Positions 53,401-64,000 of a stretch of DNA of 64,000 nucleotides are shown piece after piece; within the stretch, counting starts at the first letter, position 1; the number at the start of each line of letters is the position of its first letter. A model generated the notes under the pieces. The model was not told where the DNA came from and searched no databases. It saw nothing but the letters and a program-made list of their open reading frames with translations. The stretch comes from Tubiluchus corallicola. Its lineage: Eukaryota > Animalia > Priapulida. Where the stretch lies: contig JAQGDQ010000635.1 of assembly GCA_030141605.1 (NCBI GenBank), forward strand, positions 58,009-122,008, written 5' to 3'. A program made the translations under genes and the position numbers.

Positions 53401-55083
53401 TCAGCAGAGCTAGCTGATTTACTGTGCGAGTCAGTTGATGCAGTAGCAACTGATTCAGCTTCAGCAGAGCTAGTTGATTTACTGTGTGAGTCAGCTGATG
53501 TAGTAGTAACTGACTCAGCTTCAGCCGAGCTAGCAGATTTACTGTGTGAGTCAGTTGATGCAGTAGCAACTGACTCAGCTTCATTCGAGCTAGCTGATTT
53601 ACTGTCTGAGTCAGCTGATGTAGTAGCAACTGACTCAGCTTCAGCCGAGCTAGCAGATTTACTGCGTGAGTCAGCTGATGTAGTAGCAACTGACTCAGCT
53701 TCAACCGAGCTAGCTGATTTACTGTCTGAGTCAGCTGATGTAGTAGCAACTGACTCAGCTTCAGCCGAGCTAGCAGATTTACTGCGTGAGTCAGCTGATG
53801 TAGTAGCAACTGACTCAGCTTCATCTGAGCTAGCTGATTTACTGTGTGAGTCAGCTGATGCAGTAGCAACAGATTCAGCTTCAGCCGAGCTAGCTGATTT
53901 ACTGTGTGAGTCTGCTGATGCAGTAGCAACTGACTCAGTTTCAGCCGAGCTAGCTGATTTACTGTGTGAGTCAGTTGATGCAGTAGCAACTGACTCAGCT
54001 TCATCCGAGCTAGCTGATTTACTGTCTGAGTCAGCTGATGTAGTAGCAACTGACTCAGCTTCAGCCGAGCTAGCCGATTTACTGCGTGAGTCAGCTGATG
54101 TAGTAGCAACTGACTCAGCTTCAACCGAGCCAGCTGATTTACTGTCTGAGTCAGCTGATGTAGTAGCAACTGACTCAGCTTCAGCCGAGCTAGCAGATTT
54201 ACTGCGTGAGTCAGCTGATGTAGTAGCAACTGACTCAGCTTCATCTGAGCTAGCTGATTTACTGTGTGAGTCAGCTGATGCAGTAGCAACAGATTCAGCT
54301 TCAGCCGAGCTAGCTCATTTACTGTGTGAGTCAGCTGATGCAGTAGCAACTGACTCAGCTTCAGCCGAGCTAGCAGATTTACTGAGTGAGTCAGCTGATG
54401 CAGTAGCAACTGACTCAGCTTCAGCTAAGCTAGCAGATTTACTGTGTGAGTCAGCTGATGTAGTAGCAACTGACTCAGCTTCAGTCGAGCTAGCTGATTT
54501 ACTGTGTGAGTCAGCTGATGTAGTAGCAACTGACTCAGCTTCAGTCGAGCTAGCTGATTTACTGTGTGAGTCAGCCGATGTAGTAGCAACTGACTCCGCT
54601 TCAGTCGAGCTAGCTGATTTACTGTGTGAGTCAGCTGATGTAGTAGCAACTGACTCAGCTTCAGTTGAGCTAGGTGATTTACTGTGTGAGTCAGCTGATG
54701 TAGTAGCAACTGACTCAGCTTCACTTGAGCTAGAATTTACTGCGTGAGTCAGCTGATGCAGTAGCAACTGACTCCACTTCAGCCGAGCTAGCTGATTTAC
54801 TGTGTGAGTCAGCTGATGCAGTAGCAACTGACTCAGCTTCAGCCGAGCTAGCTGATTTACTGTGTGAGTCAGCTGATGTAGTAGCAACTGACTCAGCTTC
54901 AGCCGAGCTAGCTGATTTACTGTGTGAGTCAGCTGATGCAGTAGCAACAGATTCAGCTTCAGCCGAGCTAGCTGATTTACTGTGTGAGTCAGCTGATGCA
55001 GTAGCAACTGACTCAGCTTCAGCTAAGCTAGCAGATTTACTGTGTGAGTCAGCTGATGCAGTAGCAACTGACTCAACTTCAGC
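53401..55083. repeat. 60-bp tandem array, 28 copies
   Basis: Unit TCAGCCGAGCTAGCTGATTTACTGTGTGAGTCAGCTGATGTAGTAGCAACTGACTCAGCT; one 58-bp copy at 54721. Confidence 0.97.
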
Positions 55084-56225
55084 CTTTACTCATAAATGAA
55101 TTCCAATTACTGAAGCAAAAGTGACATTAATTTTAACGTATCATGCAAACATATTAAAAACCAATTCATCACCGTCATTGCCACCATGTTCCAATATGGT
55201 TACCATCATCAAGTTATTTTTTAGCTTACTGACATGCACAGCAATTTTTAACGAAAAAATGTAGTTTTGCATAGGCTGATGCTTACCGTAACAGCGAGCA
55301 CGTTGTGAGATTTATTTTGCTAGCATGTGCTAGGCTGAAGATATGTCCAATATGCCATTGACCAGAGTAATCTGCTCATTTAATGCGATTTCTTGGAACT
55401 TAGTCCATCTCCCTACATGATCAAAAATAGTACACGAGGAATGTAAACCAACGTAAACCAAGGTCTTCTCATCTGTATGCTAGCGGCAGTCAACGCTGTA
55501 TAACAAGAACATGTAAACCTACATGTATATTGTCAAGCTGCCTACAATTGAATAATCGATAGTGAGAGATTTACATTTTGATTTTCTTTTGCCCTGGAAA
55601 AACTGAATAAATTTGACCTAGAAAAACACTGCCATTCTAACAGTAAGAGATTACAGATTTGTTATTTTCTAGATTTATTATTTTTTGTTAGCGGTTTTTC
55701 TCTTAAATTTTCCCTGTGTTTTCTCTATTATTGCAATGACAAAATGTTGCTTATACAGAAATTTGGCGTCCATTTTGTATTTTGGATTTCAGTTCTTTTG
55801 ACTAATTTTCCAACCTGGCAAGTATCTTTTTGGATTTAGCTTAGTCAAAGTCTACGTACATAACAAAAATATATGAATAGGCAAATTTGAATCATTGTAG
55901 AATATTAGAAGGGTTTTTCTCTTTCTAGTATAAAAACACACAATCCACATCTTAACAATTCAGCATAAGTTTAAGTATTCCAAAATTAACTTGGAAGAGT
56001 CCGTTTTTTTCAAAAGTTTCTAAACGTAAGAAACAATTACAACTTTTGCATTGTGTCTGAATTTGAACGTATTAACAATGGAAAAATACAACTGTTGACG
56101 TTTAGTGTGATACTGGGCAAATACCGTGCTGGTACTTGACAGTGGGAGTGGTACAAGCTAAATGTTTATTAGAAATGACTGCTTGTGAAAGAACCAGTGC
56201 AACACCACATTAAATTAGCAGCAGT

Positions 56226-57213
56226 ATGGAAATGGTAGCTACAATATTGTTAATGTTTACATGATTCTACTTTGATGGATGTCTCTCCACATTGATTTCT
56301 ACTTCCACTCGCCCTGCTGAAAGTGCATTTGACAACGTAACAGAACTGGCTGCTGAACCAAGGATTCGAGGTGGAGAAAAGGTTATTGAAAGGGAATTTC
56401 CTTACATAGTTCTTCTTGTCTTAGTGGAACGTTGTTGTGGAGGAACCCTCATCGATAACTTGTGGGTGTTGACAGCAGCTCATTGTTTTAACGGTGTTGG
56501 AGAACCTGAGGAACACTTAAAAGTCTATATTGGTCACAACAGTGTATGGGACTCACCAATTGTACGTTGGATCAGGTGGTATGATCAACATTTTCTCTGG
56601 AATCCAAATAGGACAATTTTTGAGAACCGCGATATTGCCTTAGTGCGATTAAACAGGCTTGTTGAATATACTGTCATTATCGGAAGTGATCAAGATATTC
56701 TACCTGCTAAACTACCTGTTTGTGAAAGAGATGATTATGTTAATGAAGCAGTTATTATGGCAGGATGGAGAAGTCTGGGGATTGAAGACACACCATCTGT
56801 TGTACATGATCATTTGCAGATGGCTGAATTAGTAGTGATCGATACTTGTGCTGATTGTGAAGGACTTAGTAAAAATCTTCTTATTTGTTCCTATAGTCCG
56901 GGTCATAGCAATACTGAAGGCGATTCAGGTGGACCTTTGGTACTAAAAATAAACTGGAGAGGTCGTCGGCGTTCTAGCAAGTTTTACCGGTCACAAAGTT
57001 GACGATGTACTTATTCCTGATATGGTTACAGTGAGTATTGCTGTGAAAATTTCTCACTATTTAGATTGGATTGAAGATTCAAAGGATTTCTATGTAGCTA
57101 GAGACAGCATCTTTGACGAATTTGTCCACAACACAGGCCCATTACGTGCCATAACAATGGTAATTTATATAATTGCACTGTTCATACCAATTCATTTTAA
57201 TGTGTTGAAATAA
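56226..57213 (+). pseudogene. Intronless S1A (trypsin/chymotrypsin-family) serine protease, disrupted
   Basis: R|IRGG activation site, CGGTLI..WVLTAAHC, DIALVRL and GDSGGPL motifs; in-frame TGA at 56262 in the signal-peptide-like leader; frameshift near 56950 (next frame TGEVVGVLAS..KISHYLDWIE); hydrophobic C-terminal tail. Confidence 0.85.
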
Positions 57214-57679
57214 AAAAATAAATAAGAAATTGTAGTTTAAAAATTCAAAAGCCTTTACAGGCTATCACACTTTTATCTTAAAACCTTCCTGCTAAAGTTT
57301 TACACTTTTAAAGGTTCTGTTATTGTGAGTTTTGACGACTAGTTGTTAAAAATATAAATTATTAATAAAATTTGTTTGTTTTTTTTATTAACAAAATGCA
57401 CATTTGATATTTCCTTGGGTTCGTTGTCATGGACTGTATCAAAGTCATGTGTCAGACTAGCTCAGACTTTGTTTCCCTAAAACTAAATGTTGTCTAAAGC
57501 CAGTCGACGCTTCGTTTGCTCTTAAGTTTACTGAATTATATAATTATGCGGTTTTGCACTTATACTGAGTATAGTGAGCCAAAACACAACATTTCTGGAT
57601 GCTGTTTAGTTTGTTAAGTTTTGTCACAATGCCTTATGTGCTAATGCACCATTAACACTTGGTTTTGAGATCGTTAAGC

Positions 57680-58210
57680 AATTTCTTTCCAGAAAGTAGC
57701 ACAATCGATTCATTAATTTTCGTGACAGAAACTTGGCGCTATCCATTAGAAGATAATGAATATATTTTTGCAGCTTTTTTAGACCCTAGCAAAACTTATG
57801 ACAGTCTATCTCTTTCCATGCTGCTTCAAAAAATGCGGTACAACTGGATTTGTTGAACATTCTGCAAACTTAATTGTATGTTATCTTACAAACAGGGCCT
57901 ATTTCAGCGTAAGCGAGGCCCGGGGAAGTGGGGCGTGTGAGGCCCCTCGGGGCGGTGGGGGTGGGGGTATGGTGGGCGAAGCATCAGAAAATTTTTGAAC
58001 TGCTAGAACACCGGAGAAACATTTTCGAAGAGAAAATATGGAGTTATGCAGTTGTTAAAGGAAAGAACAATTGAATGTTCGCATAAAGCAAAAAAACGCT
58101 ACCTCGGCGCGAGGCACCCCTGGAGGGTGAGGCCCCCGGGAAGTGTCCCCACTTACCCCCCCCCCCCCCGAAATAGGCCCTGCTTACAAATAGACAACAA
58201 CTAGTAGGGC
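57680..58210 (+). mobile_element. L2/CR1-type reverse transcriptase fragment interrupted by a MITE (mirror copy at about 63130-63660)
   Basis: STIDSLIFVTETWR..AAFLDPSKTYDSL..LLQK resembles the FLDLSKAFD motif; removing the MITE restores YLTNRQQLV. Confidence 0.7.
57893..58182. mobile_element. hAT MITE family D
   Basis: TIR CAGGGCCTATTTC...GAAATAGGCCCTG; perfect 8-bp TSD CTTACAAA. Confidence 0.92.
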
Positions 58211-59245
58211 TTTAGAACACGTATATTCTAAATGTATATATATATATATATATATATATACAAATCCTTAAATATATATATATAAGGATTTAAAAAGATT
58301 ATTAAATTAAGACGCAATGTTTTAATACAAATGCAATGGTTTGTTGTATGGCAAAGAATGTGCGCCTGGTTTTACAATACAATGCAATCTGTATTGTATG
58401 ACAAGAACATCCCACGTGTGACACTCTTTTGAAGTTTTGTTCGACATACAGGATAGCAAATTACAGGCTATGAAACAAAATCATGTAACCTAGGTGTATA
58501 TTTTCGAACTGTTCACGTCTGAAATAGTCAATAGTAGGGGACCTGCATTTTGGTTTTCTATTGTCCTAGCAAGACTCAATAAAATCAGGCTAGAACACTG
58601 CCATCTAGCGGTAATGGACTTCATTTTTCATTGATATTTTCTGGATTTATTATTTTTCGCTGAACTCGGGTTTTTATCTGAAGGATTTTCTCTCCAGTTT
58701 TCTCTGCGTTTTTTCAACTGTTGCAAAGACACTTAGCGTGTCTCGTCACTGTTCTTATGTTGCTGATGTAATGACGCGATTTGATCACGTTCTCTTGTTT
58801 TTTTATCTAATATCTTTGTCTAATTTGTGCTTTCTTCGGTTTTTTTGTGTATCTACGCTGGATTGTCTACATTAAATATGCCGTAAATGTCCGTAATCAT
58901 TTTAAAGTCATTTTAGGCAAAAAATACGTTCAGCCCTGATCAGCGAGTTTTGTATTCAAGCAATGAAGTCATACGCAGTTTTGTTCTTAATACTGATGTC
59001 AATTTAACTTCAAATATTTTTGCCCATTGGTAATATGCACTTAATAAACCTTTTTTTACATATTTAACTTACTAATTCTCTGTTCTTTGTGTAAGTATTT
59101 TTTTATTTGTTTTGTAGTAATATTTTAATTGTGATTTTTAACTAAGCTTTGTTCATTTCTCTATGGTACTTTTTATGTACTGAAATAAACGTAAAATGAA
59201 TACATAATTAGCTGACAACGGCGTCAGTGTACGCCCAATAACAGT

Positions 59246-59712
59246 CAGGCCCTATTTCAGGGGGAGGGGGGAAGTGGGGATACTTCCCCGGGGCCTCACC
59301 TTACAGGGAGGCTAGCGCCGAGGTAACATTTTTTTTGCTTTATGCGAACATACTGCCGCTTCTCTCCCTCTCTCTCTCTCTCTCTTGCCGCGAGTTAATT
59401 GATAACTTTGTGAAACAAAAGTCAGAAGATGGCTTGTACGGAAGTGAGAGTACGGTATTACATATTGCAAAGATGTTGTTTTTGATTTGACAATTTGACA
59501 AGTATTAAGAACTGGTATTGAGAATAAAGCAGTTTTTCTTTCAATTGTTCTTTCATTTAACAACTGTATAAATCCATATTTTCTCTTTGAAAATGCTTCT
59601 CCGGCGTTCTAGCAGTTCAAAAATTTTTAGGGCGCCAATCATGGTGGCGCCGCCCCCCCCAGAGGGGGCCTCACACGCCCCACTTCCCCGGGCCTCGCTG
59701 AAATAGGCCCTG
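59246..59712. mobile_element. hAT MITE family D (longer variant)
   Basis: TIR CAGGCCCTATTTC...GAAATAGGCCCTG; TSD ATAACAGT/GTAACAGT. Confidence 0.88.
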
Positions 59713-61659
59713 GTAACAGTTATACCGAGAGCTGTCGTACCATTGGTGTATAATCTTGCAAATGAGAGCACATTGTTCTGTGACATCATGACACCATAGG
59801 ACGCTTTGTTGTGGTACGCTTAACCTTTGACCTACAGCAAATGCGCATGCGCACAACGAAATGGGCATGTGGTGATGATCTCTTTCTATTAACATTTGAT
59901 TTTTTGTAAGTAAAACGAATTTATTTTCCACATTAAAGGAAAAGACAAGTAACTTAGCATGTTAGGCTTATTTTAGTGTTATCACCTAAATTTGAAAAAC
60001 GTAGCAATGAAATTTGCAAAAAACTGTCTCTAAAACATAATGTTAATTTGTTATACTCCTGTATAGAAATTTTCAGGAACGGTGATAACCGCTATTTACT
60101 TGAAAATTATGACGTAACTGGTGGACTTCGAGACTTTTCGAAAGTGCATGGTGGTTTTAGTAAACGTGCGCCGATTAAATTAATTCAGACTTCTGCAGCA
60201 AACCTAATATTGATGCATATATATCACAAAATTAGTCCTCTAATGTTTTTCAAACTTATTATTACTCTTGACGGAAATTGACAGTGTGCTGCTTTTCTTC
60301 AGCTGATTAACGACGTCACTGGTGGAAGAATGGCGTTCAAAATACCTTGCACCTGTTCGTGATGTGGCTGAGCTTAGTGACTGTCTGTGGTATGTTATAA
60401 AATGCGCCCGAATTTTCTCTGAAACGTGACGCCCCTCAAACTTTACGCCCTAGACGCCATTTTTCGTCTAAAATGAGAGCGCCCAAGCGTAAAGTGATGG
60501 CGACTTTAAACTTATTTTACTAATTACACGAGTCTCTCATCACACTTTTATCACTAAGTCTTTCAAACATTTTAGCAAATATAATGAAATCAGTCTAACT
60601 TTCGAGAAGGCTTGACTTTTCCTTTAAATATTTTGCTCTGTGCGTGGAGAGCAAATTATGAGGCTTTCATACGTGTAGATGATTGCAAGCCTCTTAACTA
60701 AGATTGCCCGTCTTGAATACCAAATCCCCTGTGGAAGGTCACATCGTGATTAAGCCTGTCTTACAACGCCAGTAACACTAGAACATTTCATTATTAAACA
60801 TATCCGATTAGTGTCTAAATAAATGGCTTCTTTTGGCATAGTAGCAGAGGCATTCATAGAGTTGCGTAAAGTAATTACATGCTAAAGGGTTCTGGTCAGA
60901 ATGACGTGTGCAGGAGTTGTCCCTGCAGAGCCAATTACATTGTAAGTGTAATTAACAGTGGCTGGGGATTTTATTGATAAACCTTAATCCTGGGATCCTG
61001 GGAGGTCTATAAAGGTTGAAGCTTTACGATGTATTAGAAGCCACAAACTGCAGTATCGTTGTTACCTAGCTGAAGAAAAGCAGCACACTGTCAATTTCCG
61101 TCAAGAGTAATAATAAGTTTGAAAAACATTAGAGGACTAATTTTGTGATATATATGCATCAATATTAGGTTTGCTGCAGAAGTCTGAATTAATTTAATCG
61201 GCGCACGTTTACTAAAACCACCATGCACTTTCGAAAAGTCTCGAAGTCCACCAGTTACGTCATAATTTTCAAGTAAATAGCGGTTATCACCGTTCCTGAA
61301 AATTTCTATACAGGAGTATAACAAATTAACACTATGTTTTAGAGACAGTTTTTTGCAAATTTCATTGCTATGTTTTTCGAATTTAGGTGATAACACTAAA
61401 ATAAGCCTAATATGCTAAGTTACTTGTATTTTCCTTTAATGTGGAAAATAAATTCGTTTTACTTACAAAAAATCAAATGTTAATAGAAAGAGATCATCAC
61501 CACATGCCCATTTCGTTGTGCGCATGCGCATTTGCTGTAGGTCAAAGGTTAAGCGTACCACAACAAAGCGTCCTATGGTGTCATGATGTCACAGAACAAT
61601 GTGCTCTCATTTGCAAGATTATACGCCAATGGTACGACAGCTCTCGGTATAACTGTTAC

Positions 61660-62105
61660 CAGGGCCTATTTCAGGCTAAGCGAGGCCCGGGAAAGTGGGG
61701 CGTGTGAGGCCCCCTCGGGGGGGGGCACCATGATTGGTTCCCAGAAAATTTTTGAACTGCTAGAACGCCGGAGAAGCATTTTCGAAGAGAAAATATGGAG
61801 TTATACAGTTGTTAAAGGAAAGAACAATTGAAAGAAAAACTGCTTTATTCTCAATACCAGCTCAAATAGTCAAATCAAAAACAACATCTTCTGCAATATG
61901 TAATACCGTACTCTCACTTCCGTACAAGCCATCTTCTGACTTTTGTTTCACAAAGTTATCAATTAACTCGCAGCAAGAGAGAGGGAGAGAGGCGGCAGTA
62001 TGTTCGCATAAAGCAAAAAAAATGTTACCTCGGCGCTAGCCCCCCTGTAAGGTGAGGCCCCGGGGAAGTATCCACACTTCCCCCCTCCCCCTGAAATAAG
62101 GCCTG
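61660..62105. mobile_element. hAT MITE family D (mirror of 59246-59712)
   Basis: Perfect TSD ACTGTTAC on both sides. Confidence 0.88.
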
Positions 62106-63155
62106 ACTGTTACTGAGCGCACACTGACGCCGTTGTCAGCTAATTATGTATTCATTTTACGTTTATTTCAGTACATAAAAAGTACCATAGAGAAATGAAC
62201 AAAGCTTAGTTAAAAATCACAATTAAAATATTACTACAAAACAAATAAAAAATACTTACACAAAGAACAGAGAATTAGTAAGTTAAATATGTAAAAAAAG
62301 GTTTATTAAGTGCATATTACCAATGGGCAAAAATATTTGAAGTTAAATTGACATCAGTATTAAGAACAAAACTGTGTATGACTTCATTGCTTGAATACAA
62401 AACTCGCTGATCAGGGCTGAAAGTATTTTTTGCGTAAAATGACTTTAAAATGATTACGGACATTTACGGCATATTTAATGTAGACAATCCAGCGTAGATA
62501 CACAAAAAACCGAAGAAAGCACAAATTAGACAAAGATATTAGATAAAAAACAAGAGAACGTGATCAAATCGTGTCATTACATCAGCAACATAAGAACAGT
62601 GACGAGACACGCTAAGTGTCTTTGCAACAGTTGAAAAAACGCAGAGAAAACTGGAGAGAAAATCCTTCAGGTAAAAACCCGAGTTCAGCGAAAAATAATA
62701 AATCCAGAAAATATCAATGAAAAATGAAGTCCATTACCGCTAGATGGCAGTGTTCTAGCCTGATTTTATTGAGTCTTGCTAGGACAATAGAAAACCAAAA
62801 TGCAGGTCCCCTACTATTGACTATTTCAGACGTGAACAGTTCGAAAATATACACCTAGGTTACATGATTTTGTTTCATAGCCTGTAATTTGCTATCCTGT
62901 ATGTCGAACAAAACTTCAAAAGAGTGTCACACGTGGGATGTTCTTGTCATACAATACAGATTGCATTGTATTGTAAAACTAGGCGCACATTCTTTGCCAT
63001 ACAACAAACCATTGCATTTGTATTAAAACATTGCGTCTTAATTTAATAATCTTTTTAAATCCTTATATATATATATTTAAGGATTTGTATATATATATAT
63101 ATACATTTAGAATATACGTGTTCTAAAGCCCTACTAGTTGTTGTCTATTTGTAAG

Positions 63156-63446
63156 CAGGGCCTATTTCGGGGGGGGGGGGGGGTAAGTGGGGACACTTCC
63201 CGGGGGCCTCACCCTCCAGGGGTGCCTCGCGCCGAGGTAGCGTTTTTTTGCTTTATGCGAACATTCAATTGTTCTTTCCTTTAACAACTGCATAACTCCA
63301 TATTTTCTCTTCGAAAATGTTTCTCCGGTGTTCTAGCAGTTCAAAAATTTTCTGATGCTTCGCCCACCATACCCCCACCCCCACCGCCCCGAGGGGCCTC
63401 ACACGCCCCACTTCCCCGGGCCTCGCTTACGCTGAAATAGGCCCTG
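63156..63446. mobile_element. hAT MITE family D (mirror of 57893-58182)
   Basis: Same TIRs; TSD TTTGTAAG. Confidence 0.9.
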
Positions 63447-64000
63447 TTTGTAAGATAACATACAATTAAGTTTGCAGAATGTTCAACAAATCCAGTTGTA
63501 CCGCATTTTTTGAAGCAGCATGGAAAGAGATAGACTGTCATAAGTTTTGCTAGGGTCTAAAAAAGCTGCAAAAATATATTCATTATCTTCTAATGGATAG
63601 CGCCAAGTTTCTGTCACGAAAATTAATGAATCGATTGTGCTACTTTCTGGAAAGAAATTGCTTAACGATCTCAAAACCAAGTGTTAATGGTGCATTAGCA
63701 CATAAGGCATTGTGACAAAACTTAACAAACTAAACAGCATCCAGAAATGTTGTGTTTTGGCTCACTATACTCAGTATAAGTGCAAAACCGCATAATTATA
63801 TAATTCAGTAAACTTAAGAGCAAACGAAGCGTCGACTGGCTTTAGACAACATTTAGTTTTAGGGAAACAAAGTCTGAGCTAGTCTGACACATGACTTTGA
63901 TACAGTCCATGACAACGAACCCAAGGAAATATCAAATGTGCATTTTGTTAATAAAAAAAACAAACAAATTTTATTAATAATTTATATTTTAACTATGCTA

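Larger units (their letters stand above)
57345..60304 (+). repeat. Left arm of large inverted duplication IR2
   Basis: Reverse complement of 61068-63993; mirrored ORF pairs such as 59976-60281/61091-61396. Confidence 0.97.
61068..63993 (-). repeat. Right arm of large inverted duplication IR2
   Basis: Reverse complement of 57345-60304; 763-bp spacer. Confidence 0.97.

Noticed and set aside
53369-55007. Minus-strand repetitive ORFs (LLLHQLTH.. or SASSAEAESVATT..) as a mucin or adhesive protein
   Set aside because: A 2-bp deletion near 54735, stops in both frames (54315 and 54425), and no convincing start or unique domain; best read as a satellite.
56262-56264. In-frame TGA as selenocysteine or readthrough
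   Set aside because: It lies in a signal-peptide-like leader, the gene also has a frameshift, and no SECIS was recognised.
59312-62039. Mirrored 70-100 aa ORFs in the IR2 arms as a duplicated gene
   Set aside because: No recognisable domains, several non-ATG starts, overlap with MITEs; the identity reflects the DNA duplication.

Overview
AT-rich invertebrate-type animal genomic DNA with spliceosomal GT-AG introns. The core is a head-to-head gene pair. A NOL8-like RRM gene lies on the minus strand (ATG 18835); only its first coding exon is visible. An ABCC10/MRP7 ABC transporter lies on the plus strand: 18 coding exons traced at 21353-52589 splice into an open frame of about 1457 codons, and the last NBD2 exons are not in the window. 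The most unusual observation is that two ABCC10 splice sites are tandemly amplified in frame and without stops: 10 copies of a 75-bp unit holding a 3' splice site plus exon start, and 20 copies of an 18-bp unit holding an exon end plus 5' splice site. Also present: two multi-kb inverted duplications, a decayed glycosyltransferase-like gene, an intronless trypsin-family pseudogene, a 5S-rRNA-headed SINE, Penelope-like ends with minimal hammerhead motifs, hAT- and Kolobok-like non-autonomous elements, telomere-like arrays inside inverted termini, and many locus-private tandem arrays. All calls come from reading the sequence by eye; no database search was run.
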